Under the pieces are notes generated by a model. It saw only the letters and a list, made by a program, of their open reading frames with translations, had not been told where the DNA came from and ran no database searches. The translations under genes were made by a program, and so were the position numbers. A stretch of 64,000 nt of DNA from assembly GCF_006345805.1 (NCBI RefSeq), contig NC_042999.1:120590001-120654000 (forward strand), given 5' to 3'. Shown here piece by piece: positions 26,400 to 43,104 of this stretch (within the stretch, counting starts at the first letter, position 1; the number at the start of each line of letters is the position of its first letter). This DNA is from Octopus sinensis. Lineage: Eukaryota.

Positions 26400-27220
26400 T
26401 ACATATAGAACGAGAGAAACACTGGAAAACAAGACATATAACATAAAAAACGACCCTTCATCAGTCGTCTTTTATCCTTCTACTCCTTATTTCGAGCAAT
26501 GAACGACAAGATAACACTTTGAAGGCAGTTGCTCCTGCGAACCAAAAGAAAATTTGGGATTTGTAGAGGGCCAAAGCTGGTAACAAAAACAGAATATACA
26601 ACAAACCAAATGAAACGATAAAATACAGGGAGGGCCGTTAGGCTCAAACGAAATAAGATAGCAAACGCTGAAAGAAAATTCTTTGATAAGAGACAAGATA
26701 GAAGAGGAGACAAATAGGAATGTGTCTGGACTGCACAACAGACTGAAGGAAAAGTATGATGATCACGTGAGGAAATGACAAATGGACGATGGTCACGTGT
26801 GAGCAATTAGAGATAGATAGATAGAGAGAGTAAAGTAGGAAGAAGGAGAGAGTGAAAGACAGATAGAAAACGGTGAAGAGGAGAAAAAGAGAATTAGAGA
26901 AAGGATGAGAGAGAAAACGAAAGGATAGAGAGGGAGAGAGAACGAAAGAATCTTCTTCCAGCGTTCGCTACCTTAACTCATCTGAGCCTAATGGCCCTCC
27001 CTGTTTTTAATCGTTTCGTTTGGTATGTTGTATGTCCTTTTTTTGTTACCAACATTGACCTTCCGCAAATCCAAAATTTTCTTTTGGTTCGCGGGAACAA
27101 CTACCTTCAAAGTGATATCTTGTCGTTCATTGCTCTAAATAAGGAGTAGACGAACAACTGATAACTGATGAAGAGTCATTTCTATGTTACTTGTCTTGTT
27201 TCCATTGATTCTGTCATTCT
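26400..27220. repeat. Inverted pair of a dispersed non-coding repeat (third copy at ~29170-29720)
   Basis: 26410-26690 is homologous to the reverse complement of 26950-27220 (e.g. cagggagggccgttaggctca / tgagccctaatggccctccctg). Confidence 0.75.
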
Positions 27221-27386
27221 TTGCGTACCCAATGTCATGTTCGTATTTCATCTTGCTTACGTTTTGTGACGTGCTATACTCATACAAGCAATACCTATAT
27301 ACATATATATGCATGTATGAACATGTGTTTGTATATATGCATATATATATTTACATATTATATATATATATATCTCCATTAGTTTG

Positions 27387-27424
<38 letters not shown>

Positions 27425-27436
27425 ATGCATATATCA

Positions 27437-27735
27437 CATGATCACGTGACCGACCAGACCATCAGATGTTTTTACACATCGCTGGTCACAATGTGTTCGC
27501 ATTGTTTTAGCCTTTGAATAACGCCACCCCGCTGGCTAAGCAAGCAGGTCAACAGAAGAAAGAGTGGGAGAAAGAGTGGTGAAAGAGTACAGCAGGGATC
27601 ACCACCCCTTGCCGGAGCCTCGTGGAGCTTTTAGGTGTTTACGCTCAATAAAAAAAAAACGCCCGGTCTGGGAATCGAAACCGCGATCCTACGAACGCGA
27701 GTCCGCTACCCTAACCACTGGGCCATTGCGCCTCC
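27437..27735 (-). mobile_element. tRNA-derived SINE, full length
   Basis: Minus-strand head tggaggcgcaatggcccagtggttagg...ggtttcgattccc with A and B boxes. Confidence 0.85.
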
Positions 27736-27795
27736 ACATATGCATATATATATATGCATATATATACATGCATATATATACATGCAATATATATA

Positions 27796-27853
<58 letters not shown>

Positions 27854-28927
27854 ACATATCTAATTTAATGGAGTTTTAGTCTTGTTATATTTAATGAAAA
27901 TATTTCCCCTCCTATTGATAACATAATACCATGTATGCGGATAATTATTGAACCACGAGCTTACTTGTCTTAGGATTTTGAAGCAAAGTAGCACGCAACA
28001 TCATAATTAATCTTTTCATAATTGATAAACTCTTTTTCTTCGTTACAAACATCTTAACAGATGATAGCCATGTCGAACAAATGTCAGGACAATCAGAAAC
28101 ATGCGGTAATACATATTTAGAGTCTTAACTTTTATTGCGACACGGGCAATGTTTAGTTTTGCATTATCATCCTTTAACTATTGACCAATGATGGACACAG
28201 ATAATGCAAACTTGTTTTCTGCAATGCTTGGAACACTTTTTATAATACACAGTATTCCAGCGGTTAATAGCCATTGTCATTTTCGTTGGATATAATTAAA
28301 GAGAAATCACTTTTCCTTCATCACTTGCAACGATTTTACGATTTTACCCAGGAGAGGTTCGATAACAAGTCTACATTTCAATATCGAGCAGAGAACAACT
28401 TTACGATTAACCCAGAAGTGCAGACAGTCACTTATTCCTAAAAGTGATTTATATAACTTCGATTGAAATTATTTGCTTTTTTTAATACTGCTTGCATTCA
28501 ATTGTCTTCAATTACGGCCTTCAGACCAGCAATATTGATAAATTATTTTTCTCCAGATCGAACGGATTCAACGAGAGATCTTCTCGGATGGAGCAAATCA
28601 AAATATTATTAGCTTCTCCAGACACCGTTCCACAGACAAAGCGATTATTTCATGCAGCATCCATTTCTAGAGAGCCTTTGTTGAATTCATACGGCATGTA
28701 GTGTTTCATGTAGTTTTCATCTAAACTCATTTTAAATGGGTAACATCAATAGTAAATACAACTGATATGCAAAGAAACAAAAAGCATTAAAAGGTAAAAG
28801 CTAATGCTTATTTTCCTATAAGAATTGCAAAAGTAACCTCAGCATGATGATATCGAAAACGCAACAGGTGTTGCTTTCAGCCTAATGCATATACATTTTC
28901 ATGCAAGCATTTATGTGCATATATACC

Positions 28928-28998
<71 letters not shown>

Positions 28999-29047
28999 TT
29001 ATAAATGTATATCTACATACATATATTTACATATATACATATATATA

Positions 29048-29083
<36 letters not shown>

Positions 29084-29787
29084 TGTATGTATGTATGTAT
29101 GTATGTATGTATGTATATGCATATATAGGTACATGAGGTCACAAAACGTAAGAAACATGAAGTAGGAAGACTACATGGGTATTGAAACAACGAGAGAAAC
29201 AAACGGAAAAACAAGACAAGTAATCTAACGAACGACCCCTCATCAGTTGTCGGCTGCCTATGTACTCTTCATTTCGAGCATTTAACGACAATATGAGGCT
29301 ACGAAAGGCAGTAGCTCCCGCGAAGTAAAGTAAAATTTTAGATCTGCGGAGGGTCAAATTTGATAACAAAGGCAAGACGGTGGAGACATACAACAAACCA
29401 AATGAAAATAAAATCGAAGGGTCGTTAGGCCAGACGTGGTAAGGTAGCGAACGCTGGAGGAATATTGTGTTTCACACGTGAAAAGATAGAAGAGAAGGCA
29501 GATAAGAATGAGTCTGGTCTGTACGACAGAGTGAAGGAAAAGAAAGAGGAACTCGTGAGGAAACGAAAGATGGACGAGGGTCACGTGTGAGCAGCGAGAA
29601 ACTTAAGGAGAAAGCGGGAGAGAGATAGTAAATGGTGATGGGTAAAAAGAATTAGAGAAAAGATGAGAGAGAAAAAACACATGGAGGAGAAAGGGAGAGA
29701 AAAGAAGAGAGAGAAAACGAAACCTGGAAAGGGAAGCCATACAGGGTAGAGCCGATCTAAATTATTACAAGTAAACTTTTTGGGAAA

Positions 29788-29970
29788 TGGATGCGTAGCC
29801 GTATTTCGTCTGCCGTTACGTTCTGAGTTCAAATTCCGCCGAGGTCGACTTTGCCTTTCATCCTTTCGGGGTCGATAAATTAAGTACCAGTTACGCACTG
29901 GGGTCGATGTAATCGACTTAATCCGTTTGTCTGTCCTTGTTTGTCCCCTCTGTGTTAAGACCCTTCTGGG
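29788..29970 (+). mobile_element. 5'-truncated tRNA-derived SINE
   Basis: B box gagttcaaattcc followed by gtcgactttgcctttcatcctttcggggtcgataaattaagtaccag core. Confidence 0.8.
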
Positions 29971-29978
29971 TAGTAAAG

Positions 29979-30009
<31 letters not shown>

Positions 30010-31467
30010 CGTGTGTGTGTGTGTGTGTGTGTGTCTTTGTGCGTGTGTATATATATATATACATGCATATATACATACATATATGTACATACCTACAAAT
30101 ATATGTATGTATATATATATATATATGCATATATGTGTACAGATTGTCACAAAACGTAAAAAGCATGAAATATATAGAGGCACTGTATCTTCGAATGTCT
30201 GTGAAGATTGCTTAGCATTCGCAAAGTCCCTGGCTGGATCTCACTGCGTGCGCTTGTTGCCATTTCTAATACGTAAGATCGGCTTCATGTTTTTCGAATT
30301 TGGGTTGATGAAAACTGTACAAAAACCCATTTGTTAAATAGTAAGTGTGATTCAAAAGGAATTTAGGAACTCTCTTACACTTGCATTTTAATAAGGTTTT
30401 GATAGGATTTTCCTATAAGTATTCTCATACTATGAGTAATCTTGCTCTCCTCTTCATTGTAGCTTCTTATTCTATCACTTCCCTTCATCTTGTTTTGTAA
30501 AAACAAAGTTCTAATTTCGACACCATGGCTTACGTAGATAAAAATTTAATGACATTTTTTGGACGTCTCGATCATTGTCTTCTGTCGCGTATATGTACTA
30601 ATGCATATATACCATCCATAATAGTTATACTTAGCTGACGATTGCAAAAGAATGTCACATTAATTGCCTATGACTCACTAAATACTGTCAAAGTTGCTAG
30701 ACTATATTGATTAAATAATCTCTTACCACTTAATGAATCAATCTATCCATACATATTTAATAGGTATAACTGATTAGACCATATCATCACAGTAAGTTGT
30801 AAACCAATAAAACTACTATTCGACGGTAAACAGAAGTCGCTATCAACAATGTATCGAAACAGGGCATTTGTTTGTATTCTCTCTCAGCAGTTTCTTATTC
30901 ATTTCCTTTTATCAGTGACTAAATATATCCTAAGTTACTAATCCACAAACTTTCTTTGAAATCATAACTAGTATAGAAATATTTTAATCTGTCAACTGTA
31001 TATACTTACAAGAAACGCAATGAATCCACATTTAACTGGATTTGTTTTGATATTTTTAATACAAAGGAAATATTTCGTTTGTAATTGTTACACATTTTCA
31101 GGTAACTTCAGATAACTTGCTTATATCTGAAAATAATTATGCAGTGAATGAATAGTATTCCCTATTTAGAAATTGATATCCATATTTTCGGAAATTAATC
31201 TGATATTGTTACGACCAAATAAAAATTTCATTATGAAAATAATTTTATTCGTATAGCTTTTAGCGTTATTAATAATTGCGCATTCAAATTTCATTTTTAG
31301 CAGATATTTTACTAAACCTAATTAAATGATAGAATTTCTTGATAAGGAATAAAGCATTTTTGATGGTAAAATTATGCTTATTATATTACAACTGTTAATT
31401 TTCAAGTAAAACTTTTGTTAAGCGTCCTGCAAGTATGAAGATCGTCAGGCCGCTCTCTCTCTCTCTC

Positions 31468-31536
<69 letters not shown>

Positions 31537-31999
31537 ATATATATACATAAAACAAGCCCTCGCAAGAGTAAAAAAGAGAGACAGAAACAGATAGGGAAAA
31601 AGGAATATGTCCCTTCCATTTGAAAACATTTCATTTAATTTTTCTACACTTAATTGTTTTTTATGCTTTACTCTAAGTTGAAAAGGTCGCAAAGACTGAA
31701 ACGGTATTAAAATGTTCTTAGTGATAAAATTATTCTAGCATTTTCTATCTTGTCTTATTTCCCTATATAAAGATATATATATATAATATAATATATATAT
31801 ATATATATATAATATATAATATATATATTTTAAATATTTATATAATATTATATATATATATAACATTATATATATATATAACATATATATAACATATATA
31901 TACATAATATATTTATAACACATATAACATGTATACATATCATATATATATATATAATATATATATATATGATCTATATATATAACTTATATTACGGTA

Positions 32000-32345
32000 C
32001 TCCGCCGGTGACGATGACGAGGTTTCTATTTGATCAGATCAACGGAACAGCTTGCTCCTGAAAATAACGTGTAAGTCGCTGAGTATTCCACAGAAACGTG
32101 TACCTTTAACGTAGTTCTCGGGGTGATTCGGTGTGACACAGAGTATGAGAACGGTGTCCCTTTGAAATACTGGTACACCAGAAACAGAAAGGAAGAGTTA
32201 GAGAAAGTTGCAATGAAAGAGTACAGCAAGGCGCTTTAGAAGTTTTCACTCAATAACCACTCTCAACGCCCGGTTTGGTAACCGAAAACTGATCCTATGT
32301 TTGCGAGTCCGCTGCCCTAACCATTGGGACATTACGACTCCATAT
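32000..32345 (-). mobile_element. tRNA-derived SINE
   Basis: Head region gcgagtccgctgccctaaccattggg resembles that of the 27437-27735 SINE. Confidence 0.65.
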
Positions 32346-32652
32346 AGCATATATGTATATAACGCACACACACACGTACACCTATATATATATCTTCAGT
32401 GAATCATAGATCCGAAAGAGAAGCATACTCCACAATTTTGAGCAGTAGAGTAAATGGATAAAGAAAGATATGGCCGGTCTTACACTGGGTTTCACATCCA
32501 TAAGTGCTTACTTTATGGCGTTTCTAAAGACCTCTCTAACAAGTGACGTTTTAAGGTCTGAAGAAACGCTGTAATGCTAAGCGCTTAATGGATGTGAAAG
32601 TGTAAACCCTTAGACTGTCCATATCTATCTTTATCCATATACACACACGTAT

Positions 32653-34616
<1,964 letters not shown>

Positions 34617-34698
34617 AGGCATATTTTTTATTTGGATGTACCATTGCTTAATGGTATTTTCATTTCTGTTTCAGATATATTTCTCCAAGAGATAAACG

Positions 34699-34875
34699 AT
34701 GAATTCCAAAATCATCTTCTCCTGTCTACTTGTTGCAGTCACACAAGTATATCCTATTGACACTAATGTAATATGATTCGGAACATGCTTAGCTTGTTAT
34801 CAAGTGAGCTCTGTTTATTGTCCATTGGATAAAAAGAGTCCACAATGCATTGAAGGTTACTTTGAGTATGTATAG
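34699..34875 (+). pseudogene. Cys-rich peptide copy 2 with premature stop
   Basis: MNSKIIFSCLLVAVTQVYPIDTNVI*FGTCLACYQVSSVYCPLDKKSPQCIEGYFEYV*. Same 177 nt as copy 1; TGC>TGA at the first mature Cys (34774-76); last Cys changed to Tyr. Confidence 0.85.
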
Positions 34876-35002
34876 CATTTTGAATGGAAATTCACCGCAT
34901 TAAAAACACGTGCATGCATTAATATTAAAGTATCTATCGTTCATAATTTTGGCTTAACGTAATTGATTCCACACACACACATACGTGCATAGTTACATAC
35001 AC

Positions 35003-35051
<49 letters not shown>

Positions 35052-35751
35052 CCATACTATCATACAATCAAGTATGTACATATATATACACACCTACGTA
35101 CTTACATCGTTTAGGCTTACATATGTCGGTCAGATAGACGATGAATTTGCTGCTTTAAGAGATCCCGTTATAGAATAACTTCCCATATTTCATTCAGCTG
35201 TCTTCTCTGCAGATTCAAACAAGGAGTCGTGATCATCTTGTCTCTATATTTTCAGCTTCAATTAATAAAACACAAGCCCGAAAAATTAAATTAGCATGAT
35301 TACTTAGCAGCCGACAACGATGCCTTATGTTATGCGTTACGGCTCTTTGCACTTTGAGTTCAAATCCCACTTCATCGACGCTTTGAAATACGCTGTGCAC
35401 CAAGTGAGATAAAGCGTTAAACAGAAATGTAACTTAGTTGATGTCATATATTATACCCTCATGCATTGTTTAGTACAAGCATTTTTGGTTGACCAACAAT
35501 ATAGGCAACAAGAAATGGAACAATCTGATTTGTGCTCAAAGGAAGCAGTGGGGTTGTAGGAGCGTACACTAAGCACAGACAGGAAACTACTGGGTAGTTT
35601 ACTTTATTGATGTAGCAGTGTTGCTGATATGATAGTATGCAGTATGCTGATATAAGTATGCAGTTTTATTTGCATCACACTTCAGTTAATCTTTTAAAAT
35701 GGCTCAGATTTCTAATATTCTCATGCTTGTCAATGCAGTACAGTTCTGACA

Positions 35752-35889
35752 ATGCCTAAATGTGACATCGAAAGATTCACAAATATTTTGTTATCTAGTA
35801 TTTTGATGCTTGTGGTATCTTGTATATTGCACGGGTTTAAGTGTCAACCTTGCGTTGTCCGATACAGAGTTGCGTTTGATGTGTTATAA
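35752..35889 (+). CDS. Candidate short signal-like ORF (45 aa), unit 2
   Basis: MPKCDIERFTNILLSSILMLVVSCILHGFKCQPCVVRYRVAFDVL*. Confidence 0.25.
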   Translation: MPKCDIERFTNILLSSILMLVVSCILHGFKCQPCVVRYRVAFDVL

Positions 35890-36151
35890 ATGTGGTTCCG
35901 TGCAGTTCATCACCGGGACATTAATTAAATACCTATAGCATATAGAAATATCCAGCGAACATATTCGTGTTATCGAATGTTTTCACATATCTAATTTCCA
36001 CCCCAAATATACTTTTAGACTTAGGTGGAATATCATTTTCTAAATGCTATAAAATAATTCAAACAATTAGACATACATCTTCCCAACCACATGTTCTCTA
36101 AGTGGATTAGTTAGAAAGAAACTGTATGGAAGTCCATCATGTACACACCCA

Positions 36152-36196
<45 letters not shown>

Positions 36197-36318
36197 GCAC
36201 ACAGAGAAACAACACACAAATACATATGTACAAACCTATACACGCACCCACAGATATATATATGTATATGTATGTATATATATATATATATATATATACA
36301 TATATAATATATATATAT

Positions 36319-36366
<48 letters not shown>

Positions 36367-37625
36367 ATATAGTATGATATATATACGCGTATGCATGTTC
36401 TGTGCTTGACATCCTACTCTTCGCTAACTGCGGTTGGTGTATGAGATAGCAGCTCTGCAAAAGATGCCTAAAAGAGCTACCAGACCTAAGTGTTAACGAG
36501 TCCTGGGCTTTTTTTGCTCGACTAAACCCTGTAAGGTGATTTCGAAACAAAGCCACAGTTCATTGAAGAAACAGCGTAACAGTGTACTGTAAATGAGTAA
36601 CTAGAATATTTATCACGCAATGGAATCTTTTGTAAGAGAACAATTGTATCCCCCGATGCATTCACTTAAGAATTTATTTGACTAGAGCAATTTTCTAAAG
36701 TGTATTAGGGCTCACTAATATATTTTGCTCTACACGCCAATCTACACGTACACACTTATGACTACGCACAGTATACATGTACACATTATTCCTACACACA
36801 CACACACACACACACGTACTTCTTGGCACACACATACGCACACTCACATGCACACACACACTCACACGTGCCCACATACGCAGATGCATGCTCGCGCCCG
36901 CCCACACGTCCATGCACACATTAACCTCTTACTCACACACACACGCACAAACACACACACAAACATATGGCAAGCCACTTTTGTCTACCTTGCCACCCAA
37001 GCCTTAGGCCTAGCCTTAGTCGTCTTCCGGTCATTTCAGCATCCTCTCACCGTTTAGTTCAGACACCCTTTTTTTATTTCCTTTTACTCTCCTCAACTAT
37101 CCCTTCTGTAGAAGAGCGTAAGTTCGAAATAGCAAAATCTACTTATATTTTTCTTGAACGCTAAAATAATATATTCTGCATCATATTCTTGCAGTTCGTG
37201 CTTGTAAGTTTTTTTTTGTATTTTGGTACCATATATATGTGTGTCTAAATGTGTGTATGTATGTATGTATGTATGTATGTATGTATGTATGTATGTATGT
37301 ATGTATGTATGTATGTATGTGTATGTATGTATGTGTATGTATGTATGCAAGATTGTATGTATAGGTATAGGTTTGGTGCTTGTGAGTGTGAGAAAGATGT
37401 CATCGGATGCATGAACAACTACATATTAGAACCTACCGACGTATATTTATTTCTCTCTTCACTTCAAAGTTGAAATTGAACGTCCTGGTAATTTATTGAT
37501 ATAATAGATCCACTTCAGTTGAGATATGCTTACGTCGTTATTAACATACCCTGACTTCTAGCTCAGTGAAAGCTTCATCTTTGCATATTATTCCTTTATA
37601 AATCATTGTTGCTTTTAAATATAAG

Positions 37626-37694
37626 TTTCTGTGGTTTGGAATTTGGAAATATTATCAGAGGTGTAGATAAATGCACAACCAGCGCAGGCAAGAC
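37626..37694 (+). pseudogene. Truncated paralogue of the 120-nt candidate exon
   Basis: Acceptor AG at 37624-25; FCGLEFGNIIRGVDKCTTSAGK, then a deletion that joins to sequence homologous to ~13310. Confidence 0.45.
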
Positions 37695-39310
37695 TATCAG
37701 TGTTATTCAGTTGTTTATACAACATTATTTATGAGCTATAGTTAAAACCTATATCTCAGAAGGGAAAATATATATTAATCGTTTAACAAAATTGCAATGC
37801 CTTGTGTAATATTTTATATTCTTGGATTGAATATGCACTGTCTAGGAAATACTTTGGATAATCTTACCCCTGTCACGTATGAATACAAATTAACTTCCAA
37901 CTGGCATTATTTGATGTCCTGTAGTGCTTGTATTCAGTTATATGTCACGAACGAACAATTAATTTGTATATAAAACGATGCAATGTTTCGTGTTAAATCA
38001 TTAATTTATATATCGTTTGCTTATTTTACAGATTCCTTTGTCACTCAATATAGTGCAAGCCACGATTAAACGATTAATAAACCGCAACGTATAAAATGCA
38101 GTGTGTTTTTTTATGTAGACTTTCAAAGTTTTTATAATACTTTCAAATGTTTTCATAACCTTAACGTAAGAGTGCAGAATGTACATTAAAAACGCTGTAT
38201 AGTTAAGTTGGTTTATCCAATTTAACTACGGTAACGTCCGACATGTATGTCGAGGTAGTATATAGTGTAAACTTGTGTAAACATACAAATATAGTCACTA
38301 TCATTCCTGGTACCACTGCTCACTACAATAAATTTTCTATCATCAAAAGTGCTCGTAGTGTATAAACTATGAAACCTTTTTAGCTATAATTTCTCGTCTG
38401 AAATATTCGATTTGTACGACGAAAGTATGGTAATTTTGGATGTCTGATTAGAAGTGTTAAATTATCCTGGTGCACTTTACTCTTTACTAGTTTTTGCCAT
38501 ATTCATTTCAAAACTGCTTAACAGAATCCCAGTTCAGAAAAGAATTGTAATCACTAAAAAATTATGTCTATGAGAAAATCATTAGTAAAAAAATATAAAT
38601 AAAACGTGAAGACATGAATAGCTTTGAAGTTTATTTCACGTTGATTTGCTTATTATTCACGTCAATATGCTCATTTTGTATAAATCTTTCCCCAGACTCT
38701 CCGTAGAACATCGTACTAGAGTGCTTTACGCTTAGAAAAGTTACTAAAACTACCATGCTAGCATGATTAGTATGGATACTAAAGATATTCGTTATGTGAA
38801 AACATTCACAGAGTTGTGTCCCGGCATTTACACACACACACGCACGCATACGCACACACACACACACGCACACACACATACGCACACACACACACACACT
38901 CACACACACGCATATGTATATATGAGTGAAAAAGAAAGGGACAGAGAGAGGCGGCTAGACGGAAAGAGATAAAGGAATTCGAAAATCTATTGGTTGCATG
39001 TTGCATGCAAGGCCTTTGCGTGAATAACAATTTTATGTAAAGAACCAAGAGTTTTCCTTTTATTAAACGAAAGCGTGCTCCTGCGTAAAAAAAATCAGCA
39101 TGTGGAAGAATTTTATATTTTAACTTTTACAAATATATATACAATTAATGCTGGATATTACTTGCTTACAAGAGGTGGTGCGAAGTAAGTGTGTGTTTGT
39201 ATATATACAAATCCTAAATTTTTCTCGGGAATATTGCAGAGTTAAGCATGCCTGTATGTATGCATTTACATATACAAACAGATATAATATATATATATAT
39301 AATATATATA

Positions 39311-39353
<43 letters not shown>

Positions 39354-39408
39354 AATGTATAATATATATATATAATGTATATATATATATAATGTATGTA
39401 TATATATA

Positions 39409-39451
<43 letters not shown>

Positions 39452-39452
<1 letters not shown>

Positions 39453-41523
39453 TCAAGGCAACTGTAGATTTGGCCCAAGCGGCACCAACAACAAGGGACG
39501 CTGTGCTTTTTTCCATTCTACCTTATGCCGTAGACTTGTTAAGGGCACCTGTCCATATGGTATAACGGGAAAAAACTGCCCTCACCTCCACCCCAAATAC
39601 TGTCCTAAATACAGAGTCCATCGTCCTGATCCCAAATATGGATGCACAAAAGGCAATGGATGCACCTTCTTCCATCCTAAACTGTGCCAAACTTCTGTGT
39701 CACTAAGGATGTGCCTGAACCCAGAATGCAACCACCACCATCTGAAGGGCACAAAACGATCACAAAATAAATATAAACAGCAACAGAGGAGATCTACGAC
39801 AACAACAAAAACAAAATACAACCACGTTTCCCCTCCTACAATCAAACAACGAAGACAGAACCATGAAAAAACCATAACACCAAATAACATAAACATGAAA
39901 TATGTATCCTCTGACCAAGTGGCAAACCAAAGAGGCAACTCTTTTTTACTGACTTACCTAGAAAATATGAAGGCCGACCTAAGCCAGGAGATCCAACGAG
40001 CTATCAGCAACCACCTATGCAAATCACAAGGACCACACACCCACTACAAGAAAATCATACACACACAGCTCCATACAAGAACTACTCACATTGTTACCAC
40101 TGAACAACATAAAACAGCTTAGAACAATGCAAACATCAAACTTCCCTTACCTCGACATTCCTGTTAAATGTACGTGGCATCAACCCATCAATTATTGCCC
40201 AAAAATGGAAGATCCCACATATAGAGAGTTGGCTTGCCGAAACGGCACATTGCTTCCCTTTCTTTATCCTTACCGAGACTCACCTGAACAACACCCATAT
40301 GGACGCCGAGGTGAGAATAAAAGATTTCACCATTGTTCGTGCGGATCGCACAGACCGAAATAAGGGAGGAACAGCCATCTTTATCCATGACTCCTTTTCA
40401 CTTGATGCCAAGGACATATTTTCCAATGTCTATTGTGAATCTGTATCACTATTCAGCAAGTCCAAGGACATAATCATTGTTGGTCTTTACATGCCTCCCC
40501 AAGCACCTCTAAAGTGCTTTGAAGAGTGCCTTAGCAAAGTCAAGTCCTTCTTTCGGAAGTACAACTCCGGAATCATACTAGTGATGGGTGATTTTAACCT
40601 CCCTCATGGGAACTGGCCTACAAATACTCTGAAGTTTGGTAAATGCTCTACATCAGATAGAGCAGCAGCAGCAGAACTGCTCTTTAATCTAATGGATGAA
40701 TACTTCCTGACTCAGCTAGTGCTCGAACCAACGAGACAGAATAAAACGATCTTGGATCTGGTATTGACCAATCACTCTAGCTTCGTTCACAGTATTTCAG
40801 TTGAAAAAAACTCTCCTCTCAGACCACGACATGGTACTCTGCAATTTTAATTCCCGATATATAAAAACCAAACCAGCCAATCCCACTCCATGGCACTCAT
40901 TTGACAACATAAACTTCCACAAAGCGGACTAGGGAGCAATCAGACTGGTCTTTTACTCTCAATTCCACCCATATTGAGACCGCTTGGCAGCACTTTTAAA
41001 ACATTGTCACCTATACATGTTCTAAACACGCTCCCACGAAATCTACAAACACAAACAGAAACCGGCTCCCTAAAAAGAAAAAAAACACTCATCAGGCGCA
41101 TCAAAAGACTCATTAAAATATTCCCACATACAACATCCACAGTCAACAACAATGAAAAGGCTAGAGCTGGAAAAACTTCATCTGCGGACCAACATGAAAA
41201 CCTCCATTGAAAATCAAAGAGCTGTGGAGGAACAGTGGGTAATCAAAAACATCAAACAGAACCCAAAAGTGTTCTATTCTTATGCAAATAAGCATAGAAC
41301 CACTGTCTCACCCATTGGGCCATTGTTTAATGATAACGGCATTCCCCAACACGATGCTAAAGAAATGGCAGAAATACTGCAGAAACAATACTGCTCTGTC
41401 TTTAGTGTTCCCACTGATATTGACGTAAGAGAAGCGAACGAAGTTGACTCCCAACATAAAATCTCAGACATAACCTTCACTGCCACTGACATCATAGCAG
41501 CAATAAATGAGGTCAATACTACT
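39452..41523 (+). mobile_element. CR1/L2-type LINE, 5' part (Cys/His ORF1, APE endonuclease), 3'-truncated
   Basis: CPYGITGKNCPHLHPKYC...CTFFHPKLC-type fingers; TETHL, RADR..NKGGTAI, MGDFNLP, LDLVLTN; later QNPKVFYSYAN linker. Frameshifted. Confidence 0.85.
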
Positions 41524-42420
41524 CTGCTGACTGGGATAGAAACTGTTTCGGTATATAATCTGCGTCTAACGAATTTCTCCAGAGGTTGGTCAGAGGGGCT
41601 GCAAGTTGGTGTCTACATTCCTTCAGGAGACTAGCGGGGAATCTATCATGGCCTACAGCAGTGTAGTATTTGACCTCATTTATTGCTGCTATGATGTCAG
41701 TGGCAGTGAAGTTTATGTCTGAGATTTTATGTTGGGAGTCAACTTCGTTCGCTTCTCTTACGTCAATATCAGTAGAGAGACTAGTTTCAGAGAGCGCAAC
41801 TACATCAAGGAAATATTTCTTAAGCTCACGTGCAATAAATGCAGTACGCCTTTCTGGCCACTTGTTGAAATTATCATCAAGAAGTGTGCGCACATTCCAA
41901 CAACCAAAATTCAAAGGATGTTTATTTTTACTTTTGCTTGAAGATTGTTTTATCACAGTGGCAGAATGACTACCGGGTCCAGTCTATGATACACTGGGAC
42001 ACCTGCAGAGCCAGAACTGTTCACGTGACGTTCCCAAGCCATTTTTTGCCATTTGAGACATTTTAGAGTAAGTTACAAGTGCATTTTTAGATTTCTGCCA
42101 ACCAACTAATTCAATGGTTTTACTAAGATTTGGAGTACAGTAAGTACCTGTGCAGATGAATAATTTTCAGTGGATGTAGCTTGCACTGCACTACCACCAT
42201 ATATTGGCCCAAGGAGACTTTCACCGGTGTGACATGAAAATTGACAAAACCAGGAACTTCCAAGGCCTCAGGTTATTTCGGAGATTTCCTTCTCCTAGAC
42301 AGATTGTTAACCAAGGTTAAAGAGCTTCTACCTACACGTTTTGTAAGCTATCACATTCCACAAATCAAACCGACATTCAAACTCTCTACAAAGTGACCAA
42401 ATATCACTCCGGTGACCGAC
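41519..42420 (-). mobile_element. RTE-type LINE 5' fragment fused to an inverted piece of the adjacent CR1-type element
   Basis: FGCWNVRTLLD...PERRTAFIARELKKY...ALSET (RTE endonuclease start) joins STDIDVREANEV..., the reverse copy of 41410-41520, extended by TAVGHDRFPASLLKEC. Confidence 0.8.
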
Positions 42421-42612
42421 GCAGAGTAGCTAATTCATAAAACAAAGAAAGGTGCGATACGTGATTTTCATATTCAAATAAGAATTATATAAATATAATA
42501 AGTAAATGATATGCCATAAATATAAATATTCATATAAAAGTAAAAATATGCATATATATATACATATTTACAGATATTTTGTTGGGTGTTGACTGTTATA
42601 TATATATATATC

Positions 42613-42726
<114 letters not shown>

Positions 42727-42841
42727 AGATATATGTATATATATTTATATATATATATATGTTTATATATATAAGGGTGTGTATATATATATATGTGTGT
42801 ATATATGTATGTATATATATATATGTGTGTATGTGTGTATG

Positions 42842-42936
<95 letters not shown>

Positions 42937-43067
42937 TTCAATACGGAGCCAATGATTCAGGAGAAAATATCTGCGAAGTTATCACTGATTCTATTATTAT
43001 CTAGTATAACGATTAAAAATTATAATAGAATCAATAATATAGGCGATTGCAGACCCCAAAAAGCATT

Positions 43068-43104
<37 letters not shown>

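Noticed and set aside
27880-28900. Non-repetitive stretch that may be a decayed transposase
   Set aside because: It is stop-rich in the frames I read and has no motif I can assign.
34774-34776. TGA at a Cys position read as selenocysteine
   Set aside because: The short 3' region closely matches those of the Cys-encoding paralogues with no evident SECIS hairpin, and the copy has other lesions (last Cys lost, upstream block missing). A simple nonsense mutation is more likely.
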